A stretch of DNA of 38,059 nucleotides, taken from a virus (lineage: Duplodnaviria; Caudoviricetes). Location of the stretch: the IMG/VR virus record IMGVR_UViG_3300037790_000063, positions 1-38,059 of that record; one strand, written 5' to 3'. The notes beneath the pieces were generated by a model that ran no database searches, was not told the origin of the DNA, and was given only the letters and a program-made list of their open reading frames with translations. The position numbers and the translations under genes were made by a program. The number at the start of each line of letters is the position of its first letter. The stretch's first letter is position 1. Of the stretch, positions 33,716 through 38,059 are shown piece by piece.

Positions 33716-35353
33716 TCATGTCCAATAGTGCTCCTGTACTTTTAAGGTCAGCTTCTGGACATCTGCAGTTGAATCAAGCGCCTGTGCTGTGCCGATGTCG
33801 ACATCGAACATGTGGTAGAACCTCCGGTAAATCTCGCTATCCGACATGCCCTGCTGGCGCCGCACGCCAGCCCATTGTGAAATGGCGTCCTTCAAATATT
33901 CCCGGGCTACGGCTCGTTCGTCGTGTTTCCTCCGGATCGCGCTCTCCGCCGGGGTGTTCTTGAGGTGCCGTGGCACCACGGGATCGCCTTCCAAGCGCTG
34001 CGCCTTCTCACGTAATTCTTTCAGTAGTTCGGGCCCGTATTCACTCAAATCGCCATCGACGAACTTCGGGTCCGACCGACTTGATGGTTCTTCAATGTGA
34101 CCGCAGAACGGACAGGCTTTGTGGATGCGCTCGTAAGTCCGGAAGCATGCGGTGCAGCTGGTGGTTGGAAGTACATTCGGATCAGTCAGTACACCGCGGC
34201 GCCCCTTCTCCTCGGCAAGCAGTTGCCATCCGCGAATGGCATCTGGTAGGCCGTGACGCTTTACGTTCCCGACGTGGTCAATGATGATGCCGTGCGTCTT
34301 GCCGTCGAAAATACGGAGCGCGCGTCCAAACTGCTGAATGTAAAGGCCCAGCGATTCTGTTCGACGCCCCATGGAAACAACTTCGACAGCCGGAACGTCG
34401 AAACCTTCACCGAACAAGTCAACGTTGACCAATTGAAGGAGTTCACCGCGGCGAAATTTGTCGATCACTGAGTTTCGCACTACGTCAGGCGTCTTCGCAC
34501 TGACCGCAGCAGCCGGAACGCCCACTGCGTTGAATGCAGCTGCCACTTTTGTCGCAGCGTCCACGTCGTGCACGAAAGTGATCCCGCGTTTGCCGGGAGC
34601 GATCCGTAAGTAGTGCTCGACGATATCCCCGTAGAGTGTGGACTTCTCAGCTGCCTTTTTCATCGAAGGTGCTGTGACCTCACCTGTTGACTTCGAGATC
34701 GTCAGGTCGGCGTCGTTAATCGATTGCGGCGGTCCGTAAATTTGGTAGTCGGCGAGGAACCCCATGTCGATAAGTTCACGCATGGTTGGACCGATCACCA
34801 TGTCGCTGAAAACACCACCTTGATCGACGTGTAGTGACTTACGATCACAACGAATTGGGCTTGCCGTGAAACCAACGCCTCGCGCATTCGGGAACATTTG
34901 TACCGCTGTCCCCCACTTGTTGTTGGACAGGAAGTGATGACATTCATCGCCCTCCCAATAACGAATCGTATTGGCCCATTGCTTCACGTCGCGATCGTCT
35001 TTGCGACGAATCAGCGTGTCGACGCCAGTCACTGACATGCGACCGTTTCGGTCAACATATGACATTCCGCACTCTTTGATGTGCTGCTGAATGATGATAC
35101 TGACAACCTTATCCGGCGCAACGATGCGGTGAGGTAAGTCCATCCGCGCCATGGCGATACTGATCTGCTGAACGAGTTCTTGCCTGTGTGCGATTGCGGC
35201 TGTAGGCTCAGCGAAATCCACAGCCATAGAAGCCATTGTCGCCGTTTTACCAGCACCGGTGGGAGCAACCGCGACCACATTTCGGTAACCTTGTTGCCAC
35301 GAGGCATATACGTCGGTCTTGAGTTTCGTCTGGTACTGTCGGAGCTGAATCAT
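33716..35353 (-). CDS. SF2 DEAD/DEAH-box helicase with C-terminal zinc ribbon
   Basis: LRQYQ, APTGAGKT, DECHH, GFTASP, EGFDVP, QQFGRALR, CxxC...CPFCG. Confidence 0.92.
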   Translation of the reverse strand: MIQLRQYQTKLKTDVYASWQQGYRNVVAVAPTGAGKTATMASMAVDFAEPTAAIAHRQELVQQISIAMARMDLPHRIVAPDKVVSIIIQQHIKECGMSYVDRNGRMSVTGVDTLIRRKDDRDVKQWANTIRYWEGDECHHFLSNNKWGTAVQMFPNARGVGFTASPIRCDRKSLHVDQGGVFSDMVIGPTMRELIDMGFLADYQIYGPPQSINDADLTISKSTGEVTAPSMKKAAEKSTLYGDIVEHYLRIAPGKRGITFVHDVDAATKVAAAFNAVGVPAAAVSAKTPDVVRNSVIDKFRRGELLQLVNVDLFGEGFDVPAVEVVSMGRRTESLGLYIQQFGRALRIFDGKTHGIIIDHVGNVKRHGLPDAIRGWQLLAEEKGRRGVLTDPNVLPTTSCTACFRTYERIHKACPFCGHIEEPSSRSDPKFVDGDLSEYGPELLKELREKAQRLEGDPVVPRHLKNTPAESAIRRKHDERAVAREYLKDAISQWAGVRRQQGMSDSEIYRRFYHMFDVDIGTAQALDSTADVQKLTLKVQEHYWT

Positions 35354-35368
35354 GTCGGGCTTTTCTTG

Positions 35369-35410
35369 TTGACAGTTCTTAGCGTATGTTATCTTATGTT
35401 AGCACGTCAA
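35369..35410. promoter_or_regulatory. Overlapping divergent promoter region for the replication genes
   Basis: TTGACA (+) and TTGACG (-) facing each other across an AT-rich spacer. Confidence 0.5.
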
Positions 35411-35434
35411 CACGAAAAAATGGAATCACCCGAT

Positions 35435-36169
35435 ATGACAAAAGTCCTCATCGAAACATCCAGCCCCTTCATTCTTCGCGCGCTGGCCGACCTACTGGAA
35501 CAAGGCGGTAATTCGGCAGGCGACCCCATGTTGCAGGAAGCGCCCGTTACCCCCCCTTCTCCCGCGCCGGTCGAAGCTGCTGCCGCCGCTCCGGCCCCTG
35601 TCTCCAATACTGCGCCGCAGCCCGCCGCTGACGTCGACGACGACGGCATGCCTTACGATCCCGAAATTCATGCATCCACGAAGACCAAGACGCAGGATGG
35701 TAAGTGGAAGTCGCGTCCAGGCAAGGCCGACGAAGCCAAAGCTGCACGTGAAGCTTTTCTGAGTGCCGGGGGAAACGTCACCCCGCCGACCAATTTGCCC
35801 GACACTCCCGTTGCCGAAGCTGCGGCGGCGCCTGCGCCCCAGGAAACTCCCGCTGCGGGAGCTCCCGGTGCCACCGCCGGTGATGTGGTACAGATGCCCG
35901 GTGTCGCTCCGGCGGCGCCTGCTGCGATGCAGATGCCCGGTGTCGCTCCGGCGGCGCCCGCTCCGGCTGACGTCACCTTTGACATGCTCGCCGAAAAACT
36001 GATGGGTATGATCCGTCGCAAGACGCTGGATCAAACCACGAAGTACCCGGCGTTGCTCGACGAGCTTTCCATTCCGCGTTCCGATCCGAATGCTGCGCTC
36101 CAAAATGACCCGGCGTTGCGCGTCGCGCTCTACGCGAAACTGTGTGAAATCGAACCGGACATGGTGTAA
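35435..36169 (+). CDS. Pro/Ala-rich hypothetical replication-module protein
   Basis: DDDGMPYDPEIHASTKTKTQDGKWK motif; duplicated QMPGVAPAAPA. Confidence 0.75.
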   Translation: MTKVLIETSSPFILRALADLLEQGGNSAGDPMLQEAPVTPPSPAPVEAAAAAPAPVSNTAPQPAADVDDDGMPYDPEIHASTKTKTQDGKWKSRPGKADEAKAAREAFLSAGGNVTPPTNLPDTPVAEAAAAPAPQETPAAGAPGATAGDVVQMPGVAPAAPAAMQMPGVAPAAPAPADVTFDMLAEKLMGMIRRKTLDQTTKYPALLDELSIPRSDPNAALQNDPALRVALYAKLCEIEPDMV

Positions 36170-36173
36170 CGAC

Positions 36174-37256
36174 ATGATCCAACTTCGCCCATCATCTTCG
36201 TCTATCTGGACGAACTGCGCGGCGATGCCTCGGTTTGCGGCTTCTCTTCCCGAGGAGGAGCCGTCCGACCCGGCTCGCGAGGGAACTTGCGCGGCTTGGG
36301 TCGCCGAGATGGTTCTGATAGGCCAAGTGAACCGTGCCGCTGATATGATAGACCTCAGTCACGAGAACGGATGGCTGGTCGACACGGAAATGGCGTACCA
36401 TGTTCAGGGGTACGTGGATCGTTTACGGTCACGAGGAGGTCGCGTTATCGCTGAGCAGTTCGTCAGGCTCAACGAAATGATCGGTGGGACACCAGATGCT
36501 GTGGCCGTGGTCGACGAAACCGGGACGCTTTACGGAGATGACCTGAAATACGGTTTCTCTCCTGTCGATCCTTACCGTAACACGCAGGTGGCGATCTATC
36601 TTGCTGCAGTCCTAGCGACGCTGAACACCCCGATCAATAAAATCGTGATCGGAATTTACCAACCGCGGTCCATGCACCCGCAGGGTATTCATCGGACATG
36701 GGAGACGACGCCGGAAGAGCTTCTGTCTTTCGTGGAATGGATCAAGGCGCGAGGGAACGAGTGCCAGGATCCGAACTCTATCGCCACACCTGGGACGCAC
36801 TGTGAATACTGTCCTGCGGCAGGATCGTGTGTTGCTCTGACGCAAAGCGTTTACAAGGCGTTTTCCGTGCTTACCGAAACGCGTCAAATGCAACTGACGG
36901 GCCCTCAGCTGGCGAGAGAACTTGATTTTATCAATCAGGTCGAAAAGATGCTCAAGGCTCGTAAGAATGCCATCGAGGCCGAAACGACAGAACGTATGAA
37001 GGGAGGCGATTACGTTCCAGGGTACGGACTCGAACCACGCCTCGGCCCACGAAAATTCAGCGCGTCACCGGGAGAAATTGCGGTGGCGACAGGGATCAAT
37101 CCATATTCTGAACCAAAGCTTTGCACCCCTGCCGAACTCGAACGTCGGGGTGCGAATAAGGAAGTCGTCCAAAGGATGTCCACACGGCCGCACATCCAAC
37201 CAAAGCTGACGAGGCTTGGCGACAATCACTACACGCGGCTTTTTGAAGGAAAGTAA
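36174..37256 (+). CDS. Cas4-like PD-(D/E)XK exonuclease (DUF2800)
   Basis: LRPSS...W..C, AREGT.A, GGTPDA, DLKYG, IYQPR, PG.HC.YCPA...C. Confidence 0.85.
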   Translation: MIQLRPSSSSIWTNCAAMPRFAASLPEEEPSDPAREGTCAAWVAEMVLIGQVNRAADMIDLSHENGWLVDTEMAYHVQGYVDRLRSRGGRVIAEQFVRLNEMIGGTPDAVAVVDETGTLYGDDLKYGFSPVDPYRNTQVAIYLAAVLATLNTPINKIVIGIYQPRSMHPQGIHRTWETTPEELLSFVEWIKARGNECQDPNSIATPGTHCEYCPAAGSCVALTQSVYKAFSVLTETRQMQLTGPQLARELDFINQVEKMLKARKNAIEAETTERMKGGDYVPGYGLEPRLGPRKFSASPGEIAVATGINPYSEPKLCTPAELERRGANKEVVQRMSTRPHIQPKLTRLGDNHYTRLFEGK

Positions 37257-37261
37257 ACCTC

Positions 37262-38059
37262 ATGGCACAGCACTCCATCCCGACACTCTCGAACCAATTC
37301 AGCCCTCCGGGTCGGTTGGTCATGGGCAGTCTGACCGAGAAGCAAGACAAGGACATGGACGGTAACCCGATCGCACCCGACGATCAGGAATATTTCTTCG
37401 GTCTTGCCGTCCGTAAGGACCAGCCGGGGATGAACGAAATGTTCAATACCGTCTTCCAGTACGCGATGAACGGTTACCAGAGCAGCCCAGCAGTCACCCA
37501 GCGCATTCAGCAAGGTCTCGGGGCACAGGGTTTCTCCTGGAAGATCGAAGATGGCGATGTCCAGAAGGCTGACCGACGCACCGGTCAGCTGCGCGACGTC
37601 CCCGATCACCTCAAAGGTTGCTGGGTGATCAAATTCAAGACCAAATACCCCATCGGTGCCTGCGATGTTAACGGTGTGGACATCAACGTTGCCGACATCA
37701 AAATCGGTGACTACGCGGACGTGATGTTCTCTCTGTCCGTCAACGGCCGAGTCGACAATAACGCTGGCGTCATTTTCTACCCGAATGCGGTACGGCGTCT
37801 CGGGTTTGGCGACCCCATCGCCGGTCAACAGAGTGCGTCGAACGCATTCGCCAATCACGCTGCTTATGTCCCCGATGGCGCTTCTGCTGTACCGACTGCC
37901 GGTGGCGCGATGCCGCCCGCTGCTCAGGGGCAGATGCCGCCCGCTGCTCAGGGGCAGATGCCGCCCGCTGCTCAGGGGCAGATGCCGCCCGCTGCTCAGG
38001 GGCAGATGCCGCCCGCTGCTCAGGGGCAGATGCCGCCCGCTGCTCAGGGGCAGATGCCG
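37262..38059 (+). CDS. Putative single-stranded DNA-binding protein (DUF2815/gp2.5-like), 3' truncated
   Basis: Manual translation MAQHSIPTLSNQFSPPGRLVMGSL...FSWKIEDGD...GCWVIKF...GDY; follows the Cas4-like gene; open to the window end. Confidence 0.7.
   Translation, partial: MAQHSIPTLSNQFSPPGRLVMGSLTEKQDKDMDGNPIAPDDQEYFFGLAVRKDQPGMNEMFNTVFQYAMNGYQSSPAVTQRIQQGLGAQGFSWKIEDGDVQKADRRTGQLRDVPDHLKGCWVIKFKTKYPIGACDVNGVDINVADIKIGDYADVMFSLSVNGRVDNNAGVIFYPNAVRRLGFGDPIAGQQSASNAFANHAAYVPDGASAVPTAGGAMPPAAQGQMPPAAQGQMPPAAQGQMPPAAQGQMPPAAQGQMPPAAQGQMP
37910..38059 (+). repeat. 24-bp coding tandem repeat (MPPAAQGQ), at least 6 copies
   Basis: ATGCCGCCCGCTGCTCAGGGGCAG repeated perfectly to the window end. 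Confidence 0.95.

Noticed and set aside
36174-37256. Cas4 as evidence of a CRISPR-Cas system
   Set aside because: DUF2800-type nuclease in its usual phage replication context between helicase and SSB
37229-37858. 209-aa minus-strand ORF
   Set aside because: Antisense to the SSB-like gene, which the ORF track omitted because it lacks a stop in the window

Overview
A 38-kb slice of a tailed dsDNA phage. The host is probably an alphaproteobacterium of the Rhodobacterales, inferred from a GapR/DUF2312 homologue, a CtrA-like winged-helix domain and GANTC-containing promoters. Left part (minus strand): the head module, with major capsid, cement, scaffold, a multidomain ChaB-2H(Acb1-like)-unknown-XkdF protease, portal and terminase large subunit. 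It is interrupted by two plus-strand inserts: terB plus a small membrane gene, and a 3.7-kb operon between portal and terL. Middle: many small accessory or early genes, two adjacent tandem-repeat arrays next to a TerS-like gene, an AT-rich origin-like spacer, a pentapeptide protein, an ARC/Mpa-like AAA ATPase, thyA and a MazG-like gene. Right part: a Ro60/TROVE gene preceded by two Y-RNA-like ncRNAs, then the replication module (NrS-1-like primase-helicase, VRR-NUC, SF2 helicase, Cas4-like nuclease, SSB). The most striking candidates are: (i) the twin Y RNA-Ro60 locus, where one RNA is a circularly permuted tRNA mimic keeping an intact anticodon arm; (ii) a putative regulatory circuit built on cell-cycle motifs, with CGA(A/C)TCA at the -35 of seven promoter-like sites, TGTTAG-N7-CTAACA operators, and a GcrA-like-HTH/CtrA-like-wHTH hybrid protein; (iii) an Acb1-like 2H phosphoesterase fused inside the prohead protease. 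All family assignments come from recognising motifs by eye; no database searches were run.
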